From Diadema antillarum (lineage: Eukaryota), in the NCBI RefSeq assembly GCF_040938485.1, contig NW_027272607.1, forward strand, positions 186,001 through 250,000: a stretch of DNA of 64,000 nt, given 5' to 3'. The position numbers and the translations under genes were made by a program. Shown here piece after piece: positions 24,500 to 37,393 of the stretch (within the stretch, counting starts at the first letter, position 1; the number at the start of each line of letters is the position of its first letter). The notes under the pieces are model-generated. The model saw only the letters and a program-made list of their open reading frames with translations, was not told the DNA's origin and did no database searches.

Positions 24500-25010
24500 T
24501 TTCATAAATGTAAGTCAGTATTTATACCATTACAGAAAGAAATGCCCTCCCACTACTCCATTAAAAATATATATACATATACATATTTTTTTTTTTAAAA
24601 CACAGGAAATCTATGCTTCGGTTCAGTGCAGAGAAAGCACAATGTGGTGTACCACTTTAAGCAGTTGAGATATTTAAATGGAATTTTATATATAAGTCAG
24701 AGTTTACACCATTACACAAAGAAATGCCNNNNNNNNNNNNNNNNNNNNNNNNNNNNNNNNNNNNNNNNNNNNNNNNNNNNNNNNNNNNNNNNNNNNNNNN
24801 NNNNNNNNNNNNNNNNNNNNNNNNNNNNNNNNNNNNNNNNNNNNNNNNNNNNNNNNNNNNNNNNNNNNNNNNNNNNNNNNNNNNNNNNNNNNNNNNNNNN
24901 NNNNNNNNNNNNNNNNNNNNNNNNNNNNNNNNNNNNNNNNNNNNNATGCTTCGGTTCAGTGCGAACAAAGCACAATATGGTGTACCGCTTTAAGCAGATG
25001 AGATATAATA
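24500..25010. repeat. Tandem repeat with period of about 182 bp spanning a gap
   Basis: AAGTCAG...CCATTAC...AAGAAATGCC at 24512 and 24694; ATGCTTCGGTTCAGTGC at 24613 and 24947. Confidence 0.75.
24729..24946. other. Assembly gap (N run)
   Basis: Ns. Confidence 1.
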
Positions 25011-25146
25011 ATTCGTAGTGTATCCTTGAGCCATTTCACAAACCCGTCACGCGTCTGATGGTGTAGAGATTGATATTCATAGCCATGGCTGATAAGTGCA
25101 GAGTCCTTCCACTGCGTATCAGATGTCATGCAGCTTTGATGTTTAA

Positions 25147-25960
25147 AGGGATGATATATGATTGGTTGAGATGAGGATTCAGCTTTTAAAGGTATACAGT
25201 TTACCATTGGGAGCAGTCATTTAAGAAATGTTCAACATGTTCAAAATATCACATTATGATGCATATAATGTTATGCCTAGGTCAGTTGTATCACCAACAT
25301 TCTACCATATAAAAAATTCACAATAAAGCATACAAAATGAGAAGATATCACTTTTTTCTCAATAAACCATAACTGTATAGACGATTTAGTCTAGAAACCT
25401 TTTTGTTAAAGTTATTGTTCACATTTTTTTTATATTTTACAATACTTAACATTGACTATACTGATTCAAATCTTTACATTGGTTGTTTCTATATATCCCT
25501 GACTCACATTTTAGAACTATTTTGAAGCACTATACTAAAGGCTGCATTTTTGTTTCATCTGCAAATGGTAAATAATGCCATTAACTTTCTTGTGTGAGAT
25601 ATACTTAGAAACCACTGCATGAAATGTTTTTAAAAATACAATTCTAAGAGGAATTCAAAGTTTATTTGATGAAAATCGGTTTTGAAATGGCTGAGATATC
25701 CAAAAACAAAGTAAGCCAAAGCGAAATATACTAATGAAAGGTGGGTCCCATCTTTTTTTATTTGGATCGCTTTGTTTAGGATATCTCAGCCATTTCAAAA
25801 CCAATGTTCATCAAGTAAACTTTGAATTTCTCTAAGAATTATAATATGCCCTTTCATATTTTTCGTAAGAGGTTTCTCAATATCTCACCAAAAAAAAAAG
25901 AAATCATCAAACAATTTTGAAAACCTGAAAACCCATCTCAACCAAAACTGTACCATCCCT
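25147..25960. mobile_element. MITE family A copy split by a family B insertion
   Basis: Family A left end 25147-25185 and right part 25585-25960, with family B between them. Confidence 0.8.
25190..25580 (-). mobile_element. TTAA-flanked MITE family B (Kolobok-like AGG termini), nested copy
   Basis: TTAA at 25186-25189 and 25581-25584; homologous to 41831-42180, 56365-56722 and 59898-60250. Confidence 0.8.
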
Positions 25961-27459
25961 TTAATATTTTTTTTTTCATTTATTTGCCAATGCATTGCTT
26001 TGAGAAAACGCAATGTGATTCTAAGCTCTAGAAGCATACTCGAGTACCCTGCAGGCGAAGTTATTTGACACTCGATCGTGCTTCGGAAATGTGCGCTCAC
26101 TATTGTATATATTTTTCCTAGTGAGCTTTACTGCCATATAACGAATCCGTTGAATTGAAACGATACACCATGTAGAGCCTACAACGCAGCTAACACAAAC
26201 ATTCATAATCATAATATAGCAAATAATATAGAGCTATAAACTACAATGTCGGAGCTCCGTGATCGTACTGTAGTCCTTTTCTTCCATACTCCGTACTGTC
26301 TGAGACACACTGTCTTCAAAGAAGATTCATTCGTAAGGAATTGCTATTCGTTGGTGAGATCTCAGAACGTATATTTCACGAGCAGGGTGGATATACTTAC
26401 TCTATCTAGTATATTCACGATCGATATGCTCGTCGAAAAGGTCCACTTTCCTTCAATAACTGCATCATGATCAAGTACGCGCGTATGTCTATAATATAAA
26501 CTATCGATTTTTTTTTATTCACAACAGTTCATAATATGCGATGACTCACGACAGGTTAACAACATACCTTCGGCTTCTCAAAGTCTCAATATTATTGATC
26601 CAACATCAGTCCTTCCCTTGTACTGTTGTATCGCATCATCTGCTTTGCACTTGAGCGCAATTGTACATCATGTACATGGGATATTGCAAATGGGTGCGCC
26701 AAAATGTATTCGCGCTCAGCTCTCTGCACCTGCACACAGACAGTGGCAACTGTTTGACATGTATGTCAGGGCGTGGGATGTGGTCCTGTTAGCGTAGAAA
26801 TCTATGAATGCTTCCAGATAAGCACCGCGAACTCCGGATTCACGCTTCCGTACGGCACAAATAAGGCACTGTCAGGCCGTGACTGTGGGCTTCCCCTACA
26901 TGCCCAATATCTGACTCCTTTCATCAATGCATGGGTTAGTTATGTTCGACATTTGAGTATCAGGGCACAAATGAAATTGGCTTCCGTTGGAAACCCAAAT
27001 TTATCACATATTTTCCGTGGTAAAACAATACCGGTACAGATATCATATACCGGATGCATCCGTGAGTGAAAATTTACTTGATATCAAAGACAGGCACTAC
27101 TCATGACATCCATTGCCGATGACAAAGCTAGTATACACGGAACTAGAGCCGTCGTCATGGTAGTTATATAGTTCCGGGCTGGTGATTTTTTTTTGTGAAG
27201 CGTTGCGACATTATGATCACGAGACACCATGACTAAGAGCTAGAGTGCAGAATGAAACCCACACTAAGAATCATTTATTTTCCCTCCCTAAACAGCTGCT
27301 CTCAGTGCTCGCAGTACTGAGTGACCTAAAACGTACTCGTGAATTGCCAGCCGCGGGCACCTTGCTGGTATTGTCTACCATTTTTCATACAGACGGGGGA
27401 TATCATAATCTGATCAAAAGCTATTATCTGTTTCTATACCTGTCTGTCCTTCCTTTCGT

Positions 27460-27640
27460 NNNNNNNNNNNNNNNNNNNNNNNNNNNNNNNNNNNNNNNNN
27501 NNNNNNNNNNNNNNNNNNNNNNNNNNNNNNNNNNNNNNNNNNNNNNNNNNNNNNNNNNNNNNNNNNNNNNNNNNNNNNNNNNNNNNNNNNNNNNNNNNNN
27601 NNNNNNNNNNNNNNNNNNNNNNNNNNNNNNNNNNNNNNNN
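27460..27640. other. Assembly gap (N run)
   Basis: Ns. Confidence 1.
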
Positions 27641-27825
27641 CATAACGACCACTTCCCACACGTCGAAAATCCCATATCACCAATAAAAAACCAACACAGC
27701 ATTTCTGTTGGTTTCTATTGATTTCTATTGGTTTCTGTTGGTATTGTTGGATTTTTTAAATACAAATTCCTGAGAACGGCAGCCAGTACCTAACCCCGGA
27801 TCGATCTGTCATTATCATGAACCTG

Positions 27826-27987
27826 GGCCCCATTTCATAAAAGATGTTAGGATGACAACTCTTGCTGGAATGACAACTTTCCACAGCAAACAACCAATCA
27901 GGAAGCTGTATTCTTGTCGTTACCATGACGATAGTCATTCCAGCAAAGAGTAATTGTCTTCAAATAAACTCTTTATGAAATGGGGCC
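27826..27987. mobile_element. PIF/Harbinger-like MITE with CTG target duplication
   Basis: CTG|GGCCCCATTTCATAAA...TTTATGAAATGGGGCC|CTG. Confidence 0.75.
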
Positions 27988-28361
27988 CTGGTTCTCACAT
28001 TGACTGAAATGGCACAAAATAATTACAGGAAGAAATCACATAAATATTTTGTCATAAACATGCAATAACAAAGATAAAAATGTATAGTCTTTCATACTAT
28101 ATCCACTTGTGAAACGTATACAAGAATAAAATTGATGCTGCACTTCTTATTAGGAGAGATTTTTTCTTTCTTTTTTTAAGTATAGAAATGTGCGTTGCGT
28201 TTTCATTCGGATATAAGAGTCTCATAATCAAGGTATCACCATGAAATACATCATATCGGAATATAAGAACAAGTCGTTCGCGCTGAATCTATTGTTGCAG
28301 TCATCGTTTAATTGCCTATATACCGACTATGAATTGCAGGGTGTTAGGGAAAGAAATTTAA

Positions 28362-28751
28362 AGGGATGGTACAGTATTGGTGGAGATGAAAATTGGGCTT
28401 TTATAACTTTTTGCGAGATACCAAGAAAACACTTATGATGTAGTACAGAGCATACTATTTTAAGTGGAATTCAAAGATTATTTGACGAAAATCCGGTTTG
28501 GAATGACTGAAACATCCAAAAACAAAGTAAAACAAAGCGATCGTAATAAAGTGTGGGTCCCACACTTTATTAGAATCGATCTTCTTCTTTTTTGGATATC
28601 TCAGCCATATCAAAACCAATTTTCTTCAAATAAACGTTGAATTCCTCATAGAATTACATGTTCTTTCATATTTCATAAGAGGTTTCTCATTATCTCACCA
28701 AAAAATGTTAGAAACCTGAAATTAGGTCTCAACCAAAACTGTACAATCCCT
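28362..28751. mobile_element. TTAA-flanked MITE family A copy
   Basis: TTAA|AGGGATGGTACAG...CTGTACAATCCCT|TTAA. Confidence 0.8.
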
Positions 28752-29229
28752 TTAACGAAAAAAAAAGTCATATTTTCAAATAACATTTTTGCGTAAGCCC
28801 ATGCTGGAGAGTTTCAAGGTGTGGGAGGGGTGTGGTTGCGACCAATTTAATAATTTTGCATAATTTTATCACTTTTCGTAAAAGCATTGTCTGGTTTGTT
28901 CTATTCAGGGAGATGGCATGGATCGCCCTCAAATATCCTCTCTGTATGTAACTAAACTCAACTACACATACAGTAGCCATGGACAACGGGACCAGAGGCT
29001 TGGGTGGAAAATGAAAACAAAGTAAAGAAAGCAAAAGGCAAAGAAAATAAAAAACGCATGGCTTTCCGATAGTTCATTCCTAGATTCCTAACGTCGAAGG
29101 GGGCGGGGCGCTAGTGAGTATTGACCCTTGACCCTGCCATATAGGCACGAGCACATTCACTGACAGAAAATCCAGAGAATTATCGCCCTGTTTCCCAAAC
29201 TGCAGTTATGAGTTATGAGTTATGAGGAA

Positions 29230-30575
29230 GGAATCGACACCTCACAGCAAATCGATGCTGCAACTCTTGGACTTTACTAAAGATTTTGATTGTGTACTGG
29301 TTATCTCATGAGCAACTTAAATAAAAATTACACCACTATATGGAGTTAGAAATAAGGTCCTCATCTGCATCAGTATGTTCTTGACCAAGCGACAACAAGG
29401 TGTCAGCATTTAATGGAGAAACTTCCAATGGCATCCAGTAATACTAGTAACAGATCGGGAGTTCGGCAAGGGACTGTGTTGGCTCCATTATTCTTCCTCA
29501 TTTATCTACATTAATGATATCGTTGAGGAAACTTCAGTGCGATATACGTCTATTTGCGGATGACTGCATCATATGCACCGCTGTTTCAAACGTTCAGGAT
29601 TGTAACAAGCTATACAAAAAAGATCTGGACACTGTTTGTCAATGGGCCTCCAAGTGGCAGATGACTTTCAACCCTAAGAAATGTAACCGTGGAGTTGAAG
29701 AAACCTAAACTCCTCCACAAATTACACCATGCTCGGAGCAACCCTGAAACCCAAGTTCAGAAACATACCTTGGAGTAATAGGCTACTAATGATATTTCTG
29801 ATGATCTCTCTAGGAAGTCACATTATCGGCGTATAACAATCGTCAATAAAGCTAATACAGTTCTTGGTATTCTCCTGAGGAATGTTCACCAGTGCAGTTC
29901 CGGTAGCAAAGGTAAAGCTTACCAAGCTCTTATTCGACGGCATCTTGAATATGCATCTGCTGTCACCGATCCATATCAAGCCAAATAGGTGCCCTACATT
30001 CAGATGTTGGACCATAGATCAAAGAATAGCCGCTCGCTTTGTGGCCAGTGTTACCGATGTCATGGCTGGCGCCACATTTACAAAAGTGTGGGGGGGGGGG
30101 CGGGAACCACTTCCGGGTTTCATGAGCTAACAAGCAAAAAAAAAAAAAAAAAACCTTCAGCGCAACTTCTGCTGGCACTTTCGGGTTTCTTCAACTTACA
30201 AGCAAAAAAAAAAAGTAACCTTATTCCACTTATTGCACTTCTGGGTTTCTCCAGCTGACAAGCAAGAAAAAAAAAGGTCTAAAAGTGGGGAAACAATAAA
30301 CAATAATAGAAGTAGGAAAGCCAGATGGAGCCAGTTTTACTTGAATTACAAGGGGGATCCCCAGTAACATTAACCAAGCTCCATCTCAGTAACTCTAACT
30401 GCTCAAGTCGGCGTTATACACCTGATGCCTATAATAATAATCGAGTCCAGAATAGATAGGCACTCGTACTCTTTTCTACCAAGACCATGCGGGACTGGAT
30501 CTATGGAATGATCTTCCCATGTAGTTGTACATCAATGCCATCTCTAAATTCAAGGCCGCATTAAATGAATTATGA
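29230..30575 (+). mobile_element. Degraded CR1/L2-group LINE RT relic, interrupted by a tandem-repeat insertion
   Basis: Broken-frame motifs QIDA..LDFTKDFD, SGVRQGTVLAP, IRLFADDC, WQMTFNPKKC, KANTVLG, LEYAS, YSFLPRTMRDW; many frameshifts. Confidence 0.85.
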
Positions 30576-30659
30576 TAAGTCGCATCTGCACCCGACCACA
30601 GCGTCATAGAACATTCGTTTTGTTGTTGTGTATCCGAAATGATGACGATGACATCCTAC

Positions 30660-31122
30660 GCTGCCCCCCATGGTAACTGTTTAAGGTGTAATTTTGGAAG
30701 TTCACCGTTTTCTACCAAGTTTACCTACAGTTTCCGAACTCGATGTCAGACTGAACAATAAAGGACTAGCGCCATCTTGCGATAGCTTACCAGCCACACA
30801 CAGGACTGAGGATCTGAACACAGCTGTATTTTGTACACTCGATTCCGATACGATCTGCCAAGCATATTGCATACAGTAAAGGGATAACAACTTCGAGCTT
30901 ATACTTTGGCAGATTTAGTCTCCATAATCAATGACAACCCAGCAATGATTCTCAGCTTAAAAGCTTGTACGTCAGTGAGCTGTCTTCCCCTTTAAGGTTG
31001 ATCTGTACGGATCGGGACATCGAACACGACGCTGAATTCAGTCTCTTGTGAGGTTGAGTGATTACGTCAGATTTGGTGATACAAATATCGTAGACTGATT
31101 ATCAACTCCGCAAATCGTAAGT
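30660..31122 (+). promoter_or_regulatory. Candidate ARNT promoter / non-coding first exon
   Basis: CpG-rich; YY1-type GCGCCATCTTG at 30769-30779; GTAAGT donor at 31117. Linkage to ARNT is inferred only from position and strand. Confidence 0.35.
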
Positions 31123-33566
31123 CGACTGTAGGAAACCTTCTACTACCTACTCGTGTACGGTATGAACAACACCGTGATGGGTATTCGAGATGGTCTCCAT
31201 TCATTGTTTATGGTTGCAGCCGCAGCCTATCCCTTGGCTATGCTATGCTACACTAGTACTTCTGTAATTTATGTCCCATAATCCATCTAATAGAATATGA
31301 ATAGCAGACTAATTACCTTATTACATGTACCCCATTACGGCATGCCATTAGATCTAGTTGTTCCCTTTTATTTATTACCGGATCTATCGTAGCCGTAGGG
31401 CTAACCTAGGCCTACTGGAAAAATGCAGAGATTGCTCTGCATTTGCTTGTATGTAGGGTATACGACTCGAGTTTAGAGAGATAGAGAGCTCTTCTCTGCA
31501 GCTGATTTTCCAGGTCAAACAGTGTACAGTACACTGTAGGCCTACTGTATCTCTCTCTTCTACACTATTTATCGCATCCTCCTCGCCACATTGTAATTTG
31601 TAGTTCTGTGTAACGGTTAGTTGGTTGGGTTGACTTTTTGTGTTTGTGTATGTGCAGTGACCGTGTGTTGTGCATGGTACTGATTTGCTGATAGTGATAT
31701 GGGTATCTGTACTAGTATGATGGGGGGTTGTGTTTCCGGACACTTAAGTTTGCGCGTGAAAACTTAAACGTTTACCCATTTTACATAGAATATGCACCCT
31801 TCTTTACCTCAAAAGACTTGATATAGACTCCTCATATACGTGTACTAGACAACATACTCTGAAAACGGCGTGAGAATTCCTGGGTGCGTCATTTTCATTA
31901 CAGACACACTTACAATACGTGTCCGGCCCCACCTGTCCGATCCCACGACGCTTGGTCATACTAGTGTAATAATACATAGAGTAACATGCCCAAGTTTGGT
32001 AACACACTTTGAAACAGTATTTGTGCTATGGTTCCTAGATGAAGTATTGAGTGTGTCTTTTGGAACATTGTGTGTCAATATAATAACATTCTAAATGCAT
32101 ATTTAAGATATACGAATTACATAAATTATACAAATTACATTATACATAAGAAATTTTGAAAAAAAAAATGTTTTGTATGTTACCTTCTTTGATGCCATGA
32201 TTGGGACACCTCACCCTTGATTGGTACACACAGATGATTTGTATGTGCTGTAGTACAACTTCATTCATTTGCACACATCAACATTATCACCCATAAGAAT
32301 CATGTACCTGTGTACCAATCATGGCACAGCGCTGTCTGGAGGCAAGGCCGACAGTAATATGTACATCTATGTAAATACCTCTATGAGCTCACTAGTCATT
32401 AGTAATCTGGCTGCTGTTGACTGAACATCATGACCAACTTCACTTGCACAAAAGATGACTATATATATATATTCACCATTCAGTGCACAACAACTGGTAA
32501 ACAGCGGTCCAAAATGAGGACTGCATCTTAGCTCACCTGCTAATTTCCAGCTAGAAATCTAGTTTGGCAAGAGGTCATGAAGATCAAAAACTTTTTGTAA
32601 AAAATTTAGCTTTACTGGTCTTTGTTGCCCTGTTTACTGCTTATTTTCAGAGGTAAGAGGCTACATCTTTCAAACATACATACAAGGCTAAGAATTATTT
32701 ATTAGCTTCAGTGTGTCAAAGAATACTAGGCTGCAAACAATACTAGGCTGTACCAATCATGGAGCTGTACCAATCATGGGCTCGTTACTCAGTGCACTGC
32801 ACTGATATTTTACGAGTATGATAAATGATATTCTCTGTTTATCAAGTCGACAAGATGTCTAACATAGAGTAAACCAACCAGAATTTGGCCACTTACAATG
32901 TATTTAAGACTGAAGCTTTTCTGCAACATTTATTCAACTAAATTAATACCTACAAAATTATTTATCTACAACAGTGTACATACGATGTAGGTCCTATGTT
33001 GAATATTTGAAATTTCTTTTATCTCAATTTTGATTTTGTTAAGTACATCCTAGAATTTCAGAAAATCCCCAATTTATACCAGTACACATCATCTGTAAAT
33101 CGCTATGATAACCAACCAGAATCCATCCGCCCTGGCCATAATTCAGAACGGGTGCTTCAGTGTATGCACATTCAATGTCAATGCACGTACAGGGCCGCTG
33201 AAAAAAATGTGCGTACACAGGTAGGCCTACACATCTGATGGTATTAACCAATACTCTCAACATGACTGTACAGTGTAAAAAAAATTGAAAGCATTCTTGA
33301 TTCTTCGAGTTCTAATGTAGATGGCTAGATCATGCAGATTCTGTGTGTTAAAACTTGGCAATAGAGCTAAATGCAGTTTCATACTCTCCATGAATAAAAA
33401 TGCGTCATGATATTGACTGTATTTAAACACTAGTGTAATGTTTGATAGATTCATCACTACTAAATCCTTTGTTTTATGATAAACCCTTTTACTTTTTTTT
33501 TTGGGGGGGGTAGAAAGTAGATTAACTGGCAGAAAAAAAAATAGCAATATACCTAAACTGCCTTAA

Positions 33567-33923
33567 AGGGGAAGGCTAGTAACTGATCAGTGGGAATCAG
33601 TGGAAATGCTGGGAGATGATTGTTCCAATCCTTATGGGATTCATTCAAGAGTTCATTGTATATCTATTGTTGTGTGAAAATGATTTGCTTCAGAATGGTC
33701 TCATATTCAAGTAATGTGCAGTTTAATGCTTCCAGGTTAGCGTCCCTGGTCAGTGACGGAGCATTAATCTGCACATTACTTGAATATGAGACCGTTCTGA
33801 AGCAAATCATTTTCACACAACAATAGACATACAATGAACTCTTGAATGAATCCCATAAGGATTGGAACAATCATCTCCCAGCATTTCCACTGATTCCCAT
33901 TGATCAGTTACTAGCCTTCCCCT
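33567..33923. mobile_element. 357-bp foldback MITE (166-bp arms), TTAA-flanked
   Basis: TTAA|AGGGGAAGG...CCTTCCCCT|TTAA; five mismatches counted between the arms; 25-bp spacer. Confidence 0.9.
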
Positions 33924-36900
33924 TTAAGAAACTCTGATTGTGTTCTGCTCACAATACATTGCCTGTTGACAAATTTCACTCACACTGACGCTGACAACAG
34001 GAAACCATACACACTGTTGAAAAGTGTAGGACATGTGATGATGGTTAAAGTTAGCAACTGCGGTGGTAGGTGTACAAACTTAAAGTGGCGTTTTGGTAAT
34101 TTTTTTTTTTTAAATCTCCCATTGCTGCTTTCCCATGAAGCAGAGAATAGCAGTGCAGCTGTGAAGTACAACCTTTAATACAACTTATACGTGTATAACT
34201 GTACATCTCTTTTTGTCTCTCCTGTGTCATGTATTTGTGAATGCATCATCAACAGCTCAATACTGTGTTTGGTATTAAACGGCATGTAGTTTTCACTGTA
34301 CTTCTCCATCAAAGTTTTCTCAGAGATATTTTGGAGTCAGACAGTGAAATGATTTTGTGTTTAAAGTCTTACTTTATTGCTTTCTTGGTTTTTTTTTAGT
34401 ATTTCACTAGTGTGCAAGGACATTTTTTCTCATTCTTTTACGTGCTTCAATAGAAAGCTGTTATAAATAACAATTGAATTGACCAATATTGTTCACTTTA
34501 TTTCTCACTATCAAAGTATTCTTGTAGGACATACATTTGGGTTAAATCCTATATCCAGATGCATTTTTGACATTTCAGCAATCCTGTCCATTCAAAAAAA
34601 TAAATTATAGATCTAGATACAATGTATGACATGGCAGAACATGATTCTTGCATCTCATCTATGTAGTGGTAAGTGCTATTGAAGTTCAAACAGATTTAAT
34701 ACCGTGAAGTAAGCTGGAAAAATACATTACAGCCCCTGAGTGAGGTATGAAAAAAAAAATGGTCGCTACAATGTACATAAAAACTAAATAAATCTTGTAA
34801 ATCTTATACAGCTGTACATAATAGATTTGATAAGTTCAAAGGAAATTTTTCTAAAAACACAAACTGACAACATGTCCTACCATATCCTGTCATCAGTGCA
34901 CACAGGGCAAGTGACTTTGAATGTTCAGTGTGAGTAGAAAACGGTGGAGTTTCTTCAGCTATTGCCATTTTTGTACCATAATACCTTCCCTTTGTCAATA
35001 CAGTCTCTTGATTTAAAAAAAAAAAGAAGGATTGGGTGGTGACATACGGTGTATCGATGTATCTTGATGAGTAGGAAACTGCATTTGCACCCTTTATCCT
35101 ACTCTTGTTTCTATAAACAGTTTTTAGATCTAGAATGTCGAGATCTAACACACTGTAAAGCACTGTGCACTTGTTCATCAGAAAATTTGTCACTATCAGG
35201 TTGTAGATGGCATTTCTGCAGGAAATCTACATAAATATCAATTGCTCCATATTTCCCTTTTAGTCAGTTCTCTGCTGTAATAGGTGAATTTCAATTTGAA
35301 AATCAAATGAAGTAATTCAAGGCATTCTATTGCTATACTGTAGTAGCTTCCATCTTTAATAAATGTGGAAAATGTAAAATTAGTAAATACAAATAATGTA
35401 CATTACAGAGGGCATTAGTAAGAATTATGCACTTGATAGTACTAGTAACCTTGGAACAGTCTGAACATACATTGTACAAGAGGATGCCGAGTATGTTTTG
35501 GACTGTCCAGAGCTACAGAGGGTGGGTCATTCCGGCTATAAGTAATGTGCATTATTTGTTTTATAGAAGGCTGACATGCTTTGAACTTTATCATTTGATA
35601 ATGAAACTTAAACTCTTTACATGTACGTACATGTATGTACCACGCTCGACATTCGCAAGCGCAACTGAGTCAACGACATGCCTAGTTCGCATATATATTC
35701 TGTGCAAACGTACAATTAAAGCTGCATGTAATTGTGAAACCACCAAAGATTAAACCTAATATACTAGTATGCATTATCAATGCTGTACATATTAGACACA
35801 GATTCATTTTTTATTGATCCCATTTTACGTGTGTTTGTGTGTGTTGTGGTTTTTTTTTAAATATGCTGCTGCTGAAGAGAACAATCATGTAAAGGAAGCC
35901 AAGCATGTACATGTATTGCACTGTACTACTGGGTATGCTGTACAGTGTATGTATTTTGCAAATTTTGTGAGTCTGGTGCTATTTGCGAATTTAACAACAC
36001 GTGAAAATATTAATTCTGATTCTGACATGAATGCGACAAGCATGCGTCCATTTCTGCATTCGTTACTGTACTCCATGACTGCAAATTTAAATTGTTGCCA
36101 AGTCCCATTTCACAAAAAATTTGAGTCACCAAATATACATTGTATAGCTTACATGTTATGCAGTACATGTACAATGTGCATTGTATTTAATACAAGGGTC
36201 ACCCTGCAATAGTAAAGAGGTCTATTGATCTAGATGTGATTTCCATTAGCATGTGCTGTTCCTACCTAAGCAGCAAAAATGGAATGAGGTGAATACCAAA
36301 AGTACAACAGTGTATGTACAGTACCAAGTATACCCTCTATAGTGAATATAACGTGATGCAATCATACAGTGTAGCTGTCGTTCAAACTTCTCAGTTAGTG
36401 ATGTCAGAAGTGATAGTACTAGTTCTTTCCACTCGTGTGTTTTTCAAACAGTGAGAGAGGAAGCAAAGGATCCTGAATCCACAACAAAACATGGAAACAT
36501 ACTGTACACGACATAACAAGGGGACTTTTTGCTCTGTTTCATACACTGTACTCATTACATATACATGGAAGATCCCTTTGTGGTGTACAAAAAGTACCAG
36601 TACAATAGTGTACATTGTAAGTCATTTTTGTTTCAGTGGTACACAATTGAGCCGCAGCAGTGTTTGACAGCAAAATTGAAATTGAGTTTCATGCAAATGG
36701 GGCCTAGGGTCTGTACAACAGAAAAAGAAATAAAAATCTAAATAAAACCTAACTGGTACTGAAATTCACAGACATAAATCATGTACGATGTCCACTTTGC
36801 GCATTCCCTAAATGTGTGCTTACTGAAGACTTAAATATAGTTTATAGTGTATGTATACTGGTACCATATGTAAGTGTACATGTGGCATTATACAAGATTG

Positions 36901-37330
36901 GTTTAGTACATTGTATGGCTTCTAATATTGGAAGGTTATTGTTTTCATAATATCCTTTTCTATGTTGATATTGTGCATGAACATTCAGACTTAATTTCTG
37001 CAATTTGGGCACAGATTGCATTTCTAATTACATTTGGGATCTACAATGTACGGTGATTCTAATTTAGACTCTAATAATCTTCCATACAACAGGGCAATTT
37101 ATGTCTGTATTGTCTGCGACTGCCCTTTTACATCCACAAGGTTCCTACATGTGCATGCCCAAATCAATTTAGCACACGGTATGACCTCTTTTTACAGCAG
37201 GCATTCCATAATATCATAGTACTGCATTCTCATGCACCCCCCTTTGCAGTCGGTCAGTCGGGGAGAGTGGTTTTATTCGTATTGGCCAGTAAGGTGATGT
37301 TATCTCTTCCCTTTCATTTCCTCTCAACAG

Positions 37331-37393
37331 GACAAGACCCAGAGACATGCAGCAGCCTCCCCCTCCCCCACAGCCGCGGAAACGCAAGGCAGG
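37331..37393 (+). CDS. ARNT: ARNT first identifiable coding exon (ATG at 37347: MQQPPPPPQPRKRKAG)
   Basis: Strong acceptor and GTAAGT donor; basic RKRK cluster corresponds to the human ARNT N-terminal KRRPG NLS region; in frame with the next exon. Confidence 0.8.

Noticed and set aside
30105-30275. Repeat-spacer pattern superficially like a CRISPR array
   Set aside because: Eukaryotic context, degenerate units with poly-A cores, no cas genes.
33620-33870. Mirror ORFs MFQSLWDS... on both strands
   Set aside because: Consequence of the foldback MITE.
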